Shown: positions 30,093 to 40,963 of the stretch, piece by piece | How positions within the stretch are numbered: the first letter of the stretch is position 1 | Layout: each line of letters begins with the position of its first letter | From: Dehalococcoidia bacterium | Lineage (GTDB): Bacteria > Chloroflexota > Dehalococcoidia > Bin125 | DNA length: 64,000 bases | Direction: 5' to 3' | NCBI GenBank assembly: GCA_963663235.2 | Contig: CAXXNO010000004.1 | Coordinates: 704,001 to 768,000, forward strand | Position numbers and translations under genes: made by a program | Notes under the pieces: generated by a model | The model's database searches: none | Seen by the model: the letters and a program-made list of their open reading frames with translations, nothing else | Told to the model about the DNA's origin: nothing

Positions 30093-33002
30093 ATGAGGGT
30101 CCTCACCGCGCGAGCGCTTGGGGTCCGGCGCCGCGTTGGGGTGGTGGCCGCGATCCTGACGGCGCTGGCCGTGCTTGGGACGTCGGTACCGCCCACGGAA
30201 GCGGCGGGCTTCGGTGCGCGGCCGTATGGCGTCTCTCAAGAAGCGTCGGCGCATGTCGAGGTGACCGCAAGCCCGATGTGGCTCGAGGTGGGGATGAGCG
30301 CGCGCCTCACGGCGACGGTCATCGACGAGGAGGGCGAGCCCGTTCTCGGCGCGCGGGTGCTGTTCACCGAGTCGCTCTCTGTCGCGGCGGTGGATACGCG
30401 GCTCAAGACGACCGATGAGAACGGCCAGGCCCACTCCGCCTTCAGCGCCGAGGGCGGCGGAGTCTTCACGATCGTAGCGGCGGTCGTGGAGATCCTCCCC
30501 GACGGCACTTGGGGCCCGACGCTGTTCCAGGACGAGATCGAGCTGCATGTCGCGGAGCCGGAACCCGAACCGGAGCCGGAGTTCGAACCCGAGTTCGTAC
30601 CCGAGTTCGAACCGGAGTTCGAACCGGAGGCAGAGCTGGAGCCGGCGGCGATCCTCCCCGCGATCCCCGCACTGCGGGCGGGGGGGCAGTTCGTCGAGTG
30701 GCTGGGCGAGCCGTCGTTCGCCGCCGACGTATTCCGGACCGTCGAGATCGCCTGGCTCTACGATCCGGTGAGGGTGGCGTGGACGTCGTACATACCGGCC
30801 CTGAACCGGACCAACTTCGCACTCCGTTGGGGCGCGGTGCTGTGGATCGTATCGGAGACCGCCCAGGAGATCCGGCTTCCCGGCGTCGCCGAGTCGATAC
30901 CGCCTCCACCGCCTCCACCGCGTCCGTCCGTGACCGGTCTCAGTTGCGATAACGACTTGAGCCACCGGGGCGAGCTCATCGCCCGGGTCCTGTTCCCGAT
31001 CGGCGACGGCAGCGCAGACATCGAGGTGATCCGCGACGGCGATTTCCCGCCGGCCGGCAGCCTGGAACTTCTGGGGATGTACGACACCTTCGACGGGATC
31101 GAGCCCGCCAGCGAGGACTGGATCGGCTACGTCTTCGATTCATCGCATTGGTGGGAAGGGCTGCTGTTCCAGGAGGGGCTGCAGTTCGACGATGGGGGGT
31201 GGTTCGAGACGCTGACCGTGCAGGTGCGCCAGGACGGGCGCTGGGTGACGGTGACGGGGCTGACGATCATTCCGGGCTACCCCTTTGGCGATAACGAGCT
31301 CTCCTACGAGACGTTCGAGCTGACGTTCGACCCCCTGGGGGGGGACGGGATCCGGATGTTTGGGGCGCCTGGCGGCATCGCCGATTTCATCTCCGTGGGG
31401 GAGCTCCGCGTCTTCGGCGACTGTGAGCGTACGTCCGAACCGCCGCCGCCACCGCCACCGCCACCGCCGCCGCCGCCGTCTTTCATCGGTAGCTGCGGCG
31501 ACAATTTGGCCAGCGATGGTCAGATCATCGCGTCGGTGACGGAGCCCACGGGCGTGGGTAGCCGGTCCATTGAGGTGATCCGGGACGGCGACTCGCCGCC
31601 GGCCGGCAGTCTCGACCGTCAGCGCATGTATGACACCTACGACGGGATCAACGACGCCGCCTACGACTGGATTGGCTACGTGTACTCCGGGTCGGTGGTT
31701 TGGGAGGAGATGCTGTTCCAGGAGGGGCTGCAGTTCTCCAACGGCGGGTGGTTCGACACGCTGACCGTGGAGGTGCGCCAGGGTGGGAGCTGGGTGGACG
31801 TGACGGGGCTAACGATCACGCCGGAGTACCCGTTCAGCGACACGGGGCTCAACTACGAAACGTACCAACTGACGTTCGATCCCATGCTGGGCGACGGCAT
31901 CCGTCTGTTAGGCGCCCCCGGCGGCGAGGCGGCCTTCATCTCGGTGGCCGAGTTGAGCGTCTTCGGAGGCTGTGAGCCGCCGCCGCCGGTTGTTGCGAGC
32001 TGCGACAACGACGTGACCGACGGCGGCCAGATCTTCGCTCTGGTGACTTCGCCGAGCGGCGGCGGCAACTTGGACTTCGGCGTCATTCGCGATGGTGACA
32101 TGCCGGAGCCCGGTGACACAGACCCGCTGCGCCACTACGACTCGTTCGACGGCTTCAACCCCGCGCTCAATGACTGGATCGGGTACGTGTACCCCGAGAC
32201 GCACGCCTTTCAAGACGTCATCTTTCAAGAGGGGCTGCAGTTCGCCGACGGCGGCTGGTTCGAGACGCTGACCGTACAGGTGCGCCAGGGCGGGAGCTGG
32301 GTGGAGGTGACGGGGCTGACGATCAGCCCGGCCTACGCCTTCGGCGACAACGGGCTCTCGTACGAGACGTACCTGCTGACGTTCGACCCGCTCTACGGCG
32401 ACGGCATCCGGATCTTTGGCGTTCCCGGCGGCGCGGCCGCATTCATCTCCGTGGCCGAGTTGCTTGTCTTCGCGGACTGTCAAACGCCGTCTTTCCGGCC
32501 ACCCCAGCCGCCGTCCAATTGTGAAGATCTCACGTACGACGGAGACATCATCGCGCGGGTGACCGCCCCGAGCGGGGCCGCGAACCCGGACATCGAAGTG
32601 ATCCGAGACGGCGACACGCCGGATCCCAGCGAGTTTGACCTCTTACGCATGTACGACACCTTCAATGGAGGGGAGCCGGCCAGCGAAGACTGGATCGGCT
32701 ACGTCTACGACTCGGTGCACGTCTGGGAGGCAGTGCTGTTCCAGGAGGGGCTGCACTTCGCCGACGGCGGCTGGTTCGACACGCTGACCGTGCAGGTGCG
32801 CCTGGGCGAGAACTGGCTGACCGTGACCGGGCTCAGGATCACGCCGGGGTATGCGTACGGCGACAATGGGATCCCCTATGAGACCTACATCCTCATGTTC
32901 GACCCGCTGCCGGGCACCGGCATCCGCATCTTCGGCGCCCCCGGTGGGGAGGCCGCCTTCATCTCCGTGAGTGAGCTGAACGTCTTTGGGGACTGCTACT
33001 AA
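30093..33002 (+). CDS. Large secreted protein: Ig-like (Big-1-like) domain, EPEF linker, and four tandem discoidin/CBM-like beta-sandwich repeats
   Basis: Signal peptide; TTDENGQA; four copies of DWIGYV...FQEGL.F..GGWF.TLTV.VR...YET..L.FDP..G.GIR..G.PGG...FISV.EL.VF separated by Pro-rich linkers. Confidence 0.85.
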   Translation: MRVLTARALGVRRRVGVVAAILTALAVLGTSVPPTEAAGFGARPYGVSQEASAHVEVTASPMWLEVGMSARLTATVIDEEGEPVLGARVLFTESLSVAAVDTRLKTTDENGQAHSAFSAEGGGVFTIVAAVVEILPDGTWGPTLFQDEIELHVAEPEPEPEPEFEPEFVPEFEPEFEPEAELEPAAILPAIPALRAGGQFVEWLGEPSFAADVFRTVEIAWLYDPVRVAWTSYIPALNRTNFALRWGAVLWIVSETAQEIRLPGVAESIPPPPPPPRPSVTGLSCDNDLSHRGELIARVLFPIGDGSADIEVIRDGDFPPAGSLELLGMYDTFDGIEPASEDWIGYVFDSSHWWEGLLFQEGLQFDDGGWFETLTVQVRQDGRWVTVTGLTIIPGYPFGDNELSYETFELTFDPLGGDGIRMFGAPGGIADFISVGELRVFGDCERTSEPPPPPPPPPPPPPSFIGSCGDNLASDGQIIASVTEPTGVGSRSIEVIRDGDSPPAGSLDRQRMYDTYDGINDAAYDWIGYVYSGSVVWEEMLFQEGLQFSNGGWFDTLTVEVRQGGSWVDVTGLTITPEYPFSDTGLNYETYQLTFDPMLGDGIRLLGAPGGEAAFISVAELSVFGGCEPPPPVVASCDNDVTDGGQIFALVTSPSGGGNLDFGVIRDGDMPEPGDTDPLRHYDSFDGFNPALNDWIGYVYPETHAFQDVIFQEGLQFADGGWFETLTVQVRQGGSWVEVTGLTISPAYAFGDNGLSYETYLLTFDPLYGDGIRIFGVPGGAAAFISVAELLVFADCQTPSFRPPQPPSNCEDLTYDGDIIARVTAPSGAANPDIEVIRDGDTPDPSEFDLLRMYDTFNGGEPASEDWIGYVYDSVHVWEAVLFQEGLHFADGGWFDTLTVQVRLGENWLTVTGLRITPGYAYGDNGIPYETYILMFDPLPGTGIRIFGAPGGEAAFISVSELNVFGDCY
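30930..33000 (+). repeat. Four intragenic repeats of about 500 bp
   Basis: Recurrent ...gaggggctgca...ggtggttcga/gctggttcga...cgctgaccgt blocks near 31170, 31720, 32225 and 32740. Confidence 0.9.
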
Positions 33003-33044
33003 GCCCGTTGGGACGACGAGGACTTGATCCGTCGCGCCGCGCGG

Positions 33045-33719
33045 CTACTCGCGGCGGCCGGGGAGCTTGGGGGCCAGCCAGTCGATGAAGCTGTCCGGGC
33101 TGCGGGTCTGCATGTAGAAGCGGCCCGGGCCCGTGAGCTTGGCGACCAGGCCTTCGCCGCTGAGCAGCGTCGACTTCCAGCCGCCGACCTTGCCGACGTC
33201 GTACTTGACCGACTCGTCGAAGGCGACCATGTGGCCGGTATCGACGGTGTAGCGCTCGCCCTCGCGCAGCTCGATGAAGTGGATTGCGCCGTAGCTGGAG
33301 ACGAAGACTGTGCCGTAGCCGGTGGCCTTTAAGAGGAAGAGGCCTTCGCGCGAGAAGAACGTCTTGCCGCCGCCCCACTTGGTGTCGATGTTGACTTCAG
33401 GGCTAGCGGCGAGGAAAGAGCCGGACTGGATGAGGAGCGCCTGGTCGCCGACCTCCAGCGCGACGATGTCGCCGGGGAGGGCCGGGGCCACCGTGACCTC
33501 ACCGGACTGTTCCGCCGTGAAGGTGTTGATGAAGAAGCTCTCGCCGCCCAGGAGGGATCGCTTGAGCCCTTTCATCAGCCCGCCCTGCACGCCGGTCGAT
33601 ATCTTGATGGTGTCGGACATGCTGACCATGGCGCCGGCTTCGGCCTGGATGCTCTCGCCGGCGGCGAGCTCGACGATGCCCAGGGCGTAGGCAGGCCCGT
33701 GCTTGATCTCGTACTTCAT
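33045..33719 (-). CDS. AIM24 / TIGR00266 family protein
   Basis: AEAGAMVSMS, GGESFFINTF, VDTGHMVAF, SGEGLV..LTGPG. Confidence 0.93.
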   Translation of the reverse strand: MKYEIKHGPAYALGIVELAAGESIQAEAGAMVSMSDTIKISTGVQGGLMKGLKRSLLGGESFFINTFTAEQSGEVTVAPALPGDIVALEVGDQALLIQSGSFLAASPEVNIDTKWGGGKTFFSREGLFLLKATGYGTVFVSSYGAIHFIELREGERYTVDTGHMVAFDESVKYDVGKVGGWKSTLLSGEGLVAKLTGPGRFYMQTRSPDSFIDWLAPKLPGRRE

Positions 33720-33809
33720 GCCGCGATCTCCGTTCGCAGTGCGTCAATACTCCCGGTAGCAGCCGCGCCCATGGTAGGCGAACCGCAGCGCCCCGAGGCG
33801 GAGAGGCCG

Positions 33810-34679
33810 CTACGCGCCGACGAGCTCTTGGTAACCGCGCAGGGCGTCGATGTGTTGCGCAGGGCCGGAAAGACCCGCGCCCATGGTGCGGACGGAGGCG
33901 TGGGTGGCGCCGAGAGCGCGCCAGCCTTCCGCGTGCGCGCGCAGGATCTGCGGACCCTCGGCGGGCTTGCCGATCTGCGCATCGATGCCGAAGGCCGCGG
34001 GGTCGCGGCCCTCGGCGCGGAGGTAGCCGTGCAGCCGCTCGATGGCCGCGCGCGCTTTGTCGTTGGGATCGATGTTGACGATCCAGCCGTCGCCGAGGCG
34101 AGCCATGCGCCGCAACACCGCCTCGACCTGCCCGCCGAACCAGATCGGGATCGACCGCCCCGGGAGCGGGTTGATGCCGGCGCGATCGACGCGGTGCCAA
34201 GCGCCGCGGAAGTCGATCGCGTCGTTGGCCCAGAGGTCACGCATGAGCGCGATCTGCTCCTCCTGGCGCTTGCCGCGGTTGTGGAAGTCCTCGGACAGGG
34301 CCTGGTACTCGACGGCGTTCCAGCCGGTGCCGACGCCGAGGCGGAGCCGCCCGCCGGAGAGGATGTCGAGCGCGGCCGCCTGCTTGGCGACGAGCGCGGT
34401 CTGTCGCTGGGGCAGGATGATGACGCCGGTCACCAACTCGATGGTGGTGGTGTGGGCGGCCAAGAAGCCCAAGGTGACGAACGCCTCGTGGAAAGGCGTG
34501 TCTTTGTCGTACGGGCCGGCCCAACCGCCGGGCCGGTCCGGGTCCGCCCCCAAGACGTGATCGTAGATCAGCAGGTGATGGTAGCCCAACGCCTCCGCCG
34601 CTTGCGCGAAGTCCTTGATGCCCGCCGGATCATTTCCGATCTCCGTCTGGGGAAACACGACACCGATCTTCATTTTCAC
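33810..34679 (-). CDS. LLM-class F420-dependent oxidoreductase
   Basis: KIGVVFPQTEIG, YDHVLGA, ILPQRQTALVAKQAAALDILSGGRLRLGVGTGWN. Confidence 0.93.
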   Translation of the reverse strand: MKMKIGVVFPQTEIGNDPAGIKDFAQAAEALGYHHLLIYDHVLGADPDRPGGWAGPYDKDTPFHEAFVTLGFLAAHTTTIELVTGVIILPQRQTALVAKQAAALDILSGGRLRLGVGTGWNAVEYQALSEDFHNRGKRQEEQIALMRDLWANDAIDFRGAWHRVDRAGINPLPGRSIPIWFGGQVEAVLRRMARLGDGWIVNIDPNDKARAAIERLHGYLRAEGRDPAAFGIDAQIGKPAEGPQILRAHAEGWRALGATHASVRTMGAGLSGPAQHIDALRGYQELVGA

Positions 34680-34797
34680 TCCTCCATGACGGAATGCCGT
34701 GCGAGCAGTCCGGCCTCACTGTTGGATAGAACCCGCGGCGCCGGGCCGACCAGCATCGAAGGAGCCGAGTGGAGCGACCATCTACCGCACCGCGGCG

Positions 34798-35829
34798 TCA
34801 GATTTCCGGCTTCCACTCGCCCGTCGCCGTGATGTCCCGCGCCGCGGGGATCACGTCTCGACCGATCCACTCCATCTGCTCGATGAGCTCATCGACGCGG
34901 GCGGAGGGGCAGGCGATGTTCAAGACCACCGATCCGTAGCCCGCGTCGGCGAAGCGGGCGAGGTCATCCAGGATCTGCTCCTTGGCGCCGGTGCAAATCG
35001 GACGGGGCTCTTTTTTGGCGAGCGGGTCGTCCGCGTCCGTGATCCGGGCCGAGGCGATGGCCGTCATCGAGAAGTTGGAGAGATCGCGGCCGATGGTCTC
35101 CGCTTCGCGGCGGATCTCGTCCTGGAGGTAGCCGAAGCGGTAGGGGTCCGGGTAGGTGTCGCCAAACATGGGGAAGAAGCCGTCGCAGAGGCGGGCGGCA
35201 CGGCGGGCCCCGACCATGGCAATGCTGCCGAAGATGATCGGTGGGTGCGGCTTCTGCACGGGCTTGGGGTCCATGGAGAGGTTGTCGAAGTCGTAGAACT
35301 TGCCGTGGAAGGAGACCACGTCATCGCTCCAGGATCGCTTGTAGATCTGGATGCACTCGTCGGTCATGGGCCCGCGCTCCTCGTAGGGCAGGTCAAGCGC
35401 ATCGAACTCCTCCTTCATCCAGCCAGCGCCGACGCCCATGATCAGGCGGCCGTTGGAGAGGACATCGACGGTGGCGAACTGGCGGGCGTCGTTGAGGGGG
35501 CCACGATAGGGCGCGATGAGCACGCAGGGGCCCAGCCTGATCCGGCTGGTCGCCGTCGCGATGGCGCCCATCACCACCGCGCCGTCCATCATGTGTGGCC
35601 GCGGAGGGTAGGCGCGCTTGCGGGACTCCGGGTTGGCCACGTGTCCGCTGGTGGTCTCCAGGGCGATGGTGACGTGGTCGCCGAACCAGAGCGAGTGAAA
35701 GCCCACCCGCTCAGCGACCTGGGCCACCTCGACGGGCCGGATCTCCGGTCCCGGGACGACGCTCAAGAACATGTCCGCGCCGTCGCGGGTCAGCAGACCG
35801 TGGGTGGGCATGAACATGCCGATATCCAT
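34798..35829 (-). CDS. LLM-class F420-dependent oxidoreductase
   Basis: SLWFGDHV, ATVDVLSNGRLIMGVGAGWMKEEF, PKPVQKPHPP. Confidence 0.93.
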   Translation of the reverse strand: MDIGMFMPTHGLLTRDGADMFLSVVPGPEIRPVEVAQVAERVGFHSLWFGDHVTIALETTSGHVANPESRKRAYPPRPHMMDGAVVMGAIATATSRIRLGPCVLIAPYRGPLNDARQFATVDVLSNGRLIMGVGAGWMKEEFDALDLPYEERGPMTDECIQIYKRSWSDDVVSFHGKFYDFDNLSMDPKPVQKPHPPIIFGSIAMVGARRAARLCDGFFPMFGDTYPDPYRFGYLQDEIRREAETIGRDLSNFSMTAIASARITDADDPLAKKEPRPICTGAKEQILDDLARFADAGYGSVVLNIACPSARVDELIEQMEWIGRDVIPAARDITATGEWKPEI

Positions 35830-36009
35830 GGGCTCGCCTTTCTCTCCGGCCTGTCGCCTGGAGCGCGACAACCGCGAGGCTAGCGCAGTTCCCCGCCGCC
35901 GCGCGAGGGGGAAGGGCGATCGCTGGACGGGCAGAGTGGCGGCCAGCGGACCGAAAGCCAGCGCTGGGCATCCGACCATCCGCCGGGGCGGGGAGCCCGG
36001 GCGTCGTGA

Positions 36010-37800
36010 TCAGTTCCCGCGAGCGGCGCGCATCTCGTCGCGGAGCTTGGTCGTGGCGGGCTCATCGACCTCGTACCGCAACGCGCGGGGATCGATCGCT
36101 GTCACCACCACGCCATACTGTGCGCGGGCCTTGGCGATGGAAACGTACTGATCGATGACGTCGTCCAAGACCCGGTCCGCGGGCCGCTCCAGCGGGTCGC
36201 CGTAGCCGCCTCCGCCGGAAGACCAGTAAGAGGCCACCTCGCCGGGGGCGATGGCCACATCGGCGCAGATGATGCCCAAGTTGCGCTCGGCCTCCGTGCC
36301 CTTCTGCAGCACCAGGCCGGCCGTCCCCCCCGCCTCCCCGGCGAAGATGCCCGGCGGACCGAAGCGCTCGCGGTTGCCGATGGAGAGGAGCGTTCCCGGG
36401 TGGAAGGGGAACCCCACCAGCAGATCCAAGCCCAACCCCCCGCGAGAGCGCCCGGGACCGCCCGAGTCCGGCAGCAGCATGTGCCGACTCCAAAGGACGG
36501 GGTAGCGCCGCTCCTGTAGCTCTACCGGGATATTGGAAGCGCTGGCGCCGAAGGCCGGCGCGGCGTCGCTGGCGCCGTCTTTGCGCTTCGTGGCGCCGAG
36601 GCCCCCAAAGCCCCAGACGTAGTTAATGAAGGGGGCCTGGAACTCCGCCCGCTCATCATAGCCGGCGAACACGGCGTTGATGACGCTATGGGTGCTCGCC
36701 GCGCCTCGCTCCGGCAGCGCCTGGCTGAGCGCGCGCATGGCACAGCTAATGACCATGTCCATGCTGGTGGGCACCAGTCCGGAGACGCCGACGGGCGGCT
36801 CCGCCCAAACGATCGATCCGCGGCGGGCGCGGATCTCGATCGCGCGCATGATCCCGGCGTTGATGGGCATCTGCGGCAGGATGGATGCGAGGCCGATGAA
36901 CAAGGCGGAGGTCGTCGCGGCGATCGTGCAGTTGATGCTGGCCTGGGCGGGGCCGTCGCTCGCGGTGAGGTCGAAGAGGGCGTGGTCGCCGGCAATCGTG
37001 AGCGCCAAGCGCACGGCTTTCGGCTCACCGGTGAGGGGGTCTTGGTCGATCCAGTCCTCCGTTGTGTAGGTCCCGTCCGGGAGGCCAGCGAAAACGGCCC
37101 GGACGAGGCGCTCCGAGTGGTTCTGCACCTCATCCATGACGGTCAGCACGGCCGGCAACCCATGCCGGTCGATCAAGGCACGGAAGCGGGTCTCGCCGGC
37201 CTTGACCGCGGCGACCTGCGCGTTCAGGTCTCCCAGGCGCTCCCACGACTGGCGCATGTTGGCGAGCAGCAAGGCGACTACGTCGTCGTTCCTGCGTCCG
37301 CGGCGATAGAGGGTAATGGCCGGGATGCGCATGCCTTCCTCGTACGCGCTGCTCGCCAAGCAGCTCAAGGATCCGGGCGCGCTGCCACCCACGTCGGACC
37401 AGTGCGCCGTCGATGTGACGAAGGCGATGAGTTCGCGCTCGTGGAAGAGCGGCTTCACGAAGTGGATGTCGTTGCAGTGGGTGCTGGCAACGTAGGGGTC
37501 GTTGATCATGTAGATATCGCCGGGCTCCATTTCGCTCAGCCCGACGGCGCGAATGACCTCCGGCACCGTGAGCAGCGTCAGCCCGACGAAGGTGGGCATA
37601 TCGAACTCGCCCTGGGCGACCAGGCCACCGCGACGGTCGTAGACGGCGCCGGCGAAGTCGTGCCCCTCGTTGACGGGGGTCGAGTAGGCCGTCTTGGCGA
37701 CCACGAGGGCCATCTCATTGCAGACGGCCGTCAAGGCGTTGCGGACCACTTCAAAAGTGATGGGGTCGACTGCGCCTCGCGTAGAGTCGCGTTGCGTCAC
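36010..37800 (-). CDS. Hydantoinase B / oxoprolinase family subunit
   Basis: DPITFEVVRNAL, NDPY..STHCND, HWSDVGG, DSGGPGRSRGG, GGGGYGDP. Confidence 0.93.
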   Translation of the reverse strand: MTQRDSTRGAVDPITFEVVRNALTAVCNEMALVVAKTAYSTPVNEGHDFAGAVYDRRGGLVAQGEFDMPTFVGLTLLTVPEVIRAVGLSEMEPGDIYMINDPYVASTHCNDIHFVKPLFHERELIAFVTSTAHWSDVGGSAPGSLSCLASSAYEEGMRIPAITLYRRGRRNDDVVALLLANMRQSWERLGDLNAQVAAVKAGETRFRALIDRHGLPAVLTVMDEVQNHSERLVRAVFAGLPDGTYTTEDWIDQDPLTGEPKAVRLALTIAGDHALFDLTASDGPAQASINCTIAATTSALFIGLASILPQMPINAGIMRAIEIRARRGSIVWAEPPVGVSGLVPTSMDMVISCAMRALSQALPERGAASTHSVINAVFAGYDERAEFQAPFINYVWGFGGLGATKRKDGASDAAPAFGASASNIPVELQERRYPVLWSRHMLLPDSGGPGRSRGGLGLDLLVGFPFHPGTLLSIGNRERFGPPGIFAGEAGGTAGLVLQKGTEAERNLGIICADVAIAPGEVASYWSSGGGGYGDPLERPADRVLDDVIDQYVSIAKARAQYGVVVTAIDPRALRYEVDEPATTKLRDEMRAARGN

Positions 37801-37896
37801 GTGCCGGCCCCAGTTTCCAGCAAGCGGACGGGGATGCGTCCCTTCTCCGCCCGCGCTTGCCTCTTTCGTTCCTAGCGGCCGCGGCTTAGCGCGGGG

Positions 37897-39559
37897 TCAC
37901 GGCGCTGGATTGTCGGGGCCACCGCCAGGCCCGGGCCCGATCGGACCGTCGATGATCGGACCGTCGTCGCCGTCGTCTTCGCCGATCGGCGAGGGTCCGG
38001 CCTGGTCGGGGTCGATGGGGGCGACCGGCGGCCCGTCGTCATCGCCGTCGCCTGTAAGGTCAGGCATGATCGGTTCGATGTCTCCAGGGGTCAGTCCGTT
38101 GCCGTCGGCGTCGTCGGGGCATGTGAATCCAGGATCGCCGCAGGCGCCGCCGTCGTCTTCGGGGAGGTCGCGCGGGTCGATCGGCTCCTGCTGCTCGCCG
38201 TCGTCGCCGTTGCATGTGACGGCGACGGTGGGTACGCAGTCGTCGCCGTCGCGGGGCCGGCCACCGGGACGGTCGCGGTCGCGGGCGGGCGGGTCATCAT
38301 CATCGCCTTGGGGGGGCACGACGGTGACGGGCGGGCTGTCGTCCTCGGGCGGGACGCGGTCGTCCGGAGGACTGTCGTCGCTGGGCTGGAGTTGATCGTC
38401 CGGCGGCGCGGGCTCATCCGGATCTTCCTGCGGGACGGGATCACTGATGGCGGGCGGGCCGGGGTCGGGCGTGGGAGCGCTGGCGACGATCGGGCCGGCG
38501 GTCCCGACGGGCGCCCAGGCCGGCTGGTAGTCCAGGTGCTCGTTGTTGGTCAGCCGGATCAGGCTGAGGCCAGCGACATCGACGACGTAGATCTCCAGGC
38601 TGAAGCGGTCCTCGGTGCTGTGGCGCTCCGTGACGAAGACGACCCACTGCTCGTCGGGCGACCAGGCCGGCTCGACGTCGAAGCCGGGATCGTCCGTCAG
38701 CCGCCGGGGGGCGATGCCGGGGGCGACCACGTAGATGTCGGGAGGGGAGGCACGCTCCGAGACGAAGACGATGGACAGGCCGAGCGGCGAGACGTCCGGA
38801 CCGTAGTCGAGCGCGGGGTTATTCGTTATCCGGAACGGCTGTTGTGATCCGTCCGCCCGGATCAGGAAGATTTCCGCCTGGCCGGACGTCTCCGGGACAA
38901 AGGCGATCTCTAGGCCATCGCGGGAGAAGGAAGGCCCGTACTCGTGCGCGTCGGCATCCGTGATACGCGTCGGCCCCGAGCCATCGGCGTTCATGACGTA
39001 GATGTCCGGATTCCCTTGGCGGTTCGAAACGAAGGCGATGCGGTCATCGACGGGTGACCAGTTCGGGCCTATGTCGAGGTCGGAGTTGTCCGTGATCCGG
39101 GTCTGGTTGGAGCCGTCCGCGTTCATCACGTAGATCTCGGAGTTGCCGTCGCGGTTGGAGACGAAGGCGATCTGCGAGGCGTCCGGCGACCAGGCGGGGC
39201 CCCAGTCGGCGGCGGGGTTCTCGGTCAGGCGGGTTTGGCCCGAGCCGTCTGCGTTCATGACGTAGATCTCAGGGTTGCCGTCGCGCTCGGAGACGAAGGC
39301 GATGCGCCCTTCCAGAGCGTCGCGATCGCCTTCCACCTTGCGCCGTGCGGGGTGCGGCTTCCGCGGCGTCGTCCGTCGCGGCAGCGCCGTCAGCGTCGGC
39401 AGCCTCGGCGGCCTCAAAGGCCGCGGTGGCCTCGCCGACGGCGTCCGTCTGGGCCGCGGTGTCGGCCTGTTCGGCGGGCGACTCGTCGGCGTCGCCGTCG
39501 CCGCCGCAGGCGGCCAAGATGATCAGGGCCACGAGCGCGAGGAATCCGAGTCGCCACAT
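37897..39559 (-). CDS. TolB-like (PD40 beta-propeller) lipoprotein with an acidic Pro/Asp tail, frameshifted near 39350
   Basis: Lipobox [18 protein letters not shown] in one frame; [19 protein letters not shown] repeats in ORF 37897..39417; joined across a C4 run. Confidence 0.85.
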
Positions 39560-39782
39560 GGCCGTGTCTCCTATCCGAACCGGCCTCGCGCGCGCCAGCG
39601 CGCGAAGAGGCGGCTCTGCAGTCGCCGACTGCCGGACCGATCCCAAGTGGACCAATGCTAGCAGCGGCGTCCAGGGCAGGCGCTGCGATGTGAACCGGAG
39701 GTCCGGCGCCTGAGACAGCGAAGGTGAAGGCCGCGCGGGCCGGGAGCGCCGGCACGGGAGCGGAAGCGAGGGGCAGGGGCGG

Positions 39783-40562
39783 TCACTCCGTTGCGGTCCA
39801 CTCGAAGCTGGCGAAGGCGCCCCCGTCGACGAGGATCTCGGCGCCCGTGATGTAGCGGGCATCGTCGCTGGCCAGGAAGGCCGTGGCAGCGGCCATGTCT
39901 TGCGGTTGCCCCAGCCGGCGCATCGGAACCTGGCGCTCGTACGCCCGCCGTATCGCGGGGTCATCCACGATCTCGCGGTTCATTTTGGTCGCGACGAGGC
40001 CCGGGAGGACGGAGTTGCAGGTGATGCCGTGCGGCCCCAGCGTGATCGCCATCGATTTCATCAGCAGATTGACGCCGGCCTTGCTGGAACAGTAGTGGGC
40101 CTGCATCCGCGAGCCGACGTAGGAAGAGAGCGAACTGGTGCTGACGATGCGCCCCGGGATTCGGCGATCGACCATGTGGCGGGCGACCGCCTGGGAGCAG
40201 AGAAAGACGCCCTTGAGGTTCACGGCCTGCGTGCGGTCCCAGACCTTCTCCGTGATGTCGAAGAACTCGTAGAAGGGGCTGACGCCCGCGTTGTTGACCA
40301 GCACGTCGATCTGGCCAAAGCGGGCCACCACGCGCTCGACCATGCGCCGGACCTGCGCGGCCTTGGCCACGTCCGCGCGGACGCTGAAGGCCGTCCCACC
40401 CCGCGCCCGGATGGTGTCCACCACCTCGCGGGCCTCTTCCGCCTCGCCGGGATGGTTGACAGCCACGTTGGCGCCCTCTTCCGCGAACCGCAGCGCGATG
40501 CCGCGTCCGATGCCCCTAGACGCACCCGTCACCAGCACCGACTTTCCCGCGAGACCCCTCAT
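39783..40562 (-). CDS. Short-chain dehydrogenase/reductase (SDR)
   Basis: TGASRGIG, NNAG, YCSSK, VDGG. Confidence 0.95.
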   Translation of the reverse strand: MRGLAGKSVLVTGASRGIGRGIALRFAEEGANVAVNHPGEAEEAREVVDTIRARGGTAFSVRADVAKAAQVRRMVERVVARFGQIDVLVNNAGVSPFYEFFDITEKVWDRTQAVNLKGVFLCSQAVARHMVDRRIPGRIVSTSSLSSYVGSRMQAHYCSSKAGVNLLMKSMAITLGPHGITCNSVLPGLVATKMNREIVDDPAIRRAYERQVPMRRLGQPQDMAAATAFLASDDARYITGAEILVDGGAFASFEWTATE

Positions 40563-40679
40563 GGTCGCCTCCCTTCAGGCCGCAAACTTCAGCTGATTGC
40601 GTCGCGACGATAGCGCGCAGCGTCAAGGGCGCGCCGGCGTTTCCCGCATGCTGGGGTTAGCGTCGCTTGACGGCCCCCT

Positions 40680-40800
40680 GCGCCGGTGGCACCCTCGGGC
40701 TGCACCTGAAGAGGTGGGCGCGCAGAGCAGGGGAAGTCCGGTGTAAACCCGGCGCTGTCCCGCAACGGTAACTCTTCCGAGAAGCCCGAACGCCTGCTTT
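40680..40800 (+). ncRNA. Cobalamin riboswitch
   Basis: GGGAAGTCCGGTGTAAACCCGGCGCTGTCCCGCAACGGTAA...AAGCCCGAACGCCTGC core upstream of cob genes. Confidence 0.9.
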
Positions 40801-40963
40801 GCGTCGCATCCCAGACTGCGCCTTCGCGGAAAGGCGGGGGGATCACGCGATCCGCTGCTCCGGCCGGGTCGCGTTTTTCGTTCCGGCGGCGGCGCGGACC
40901 AGCCCGGGAATCGATGCAGCGAACGGCTACCGCGACGCCGTCGTGTGACAGCAAGCGAGCAGC

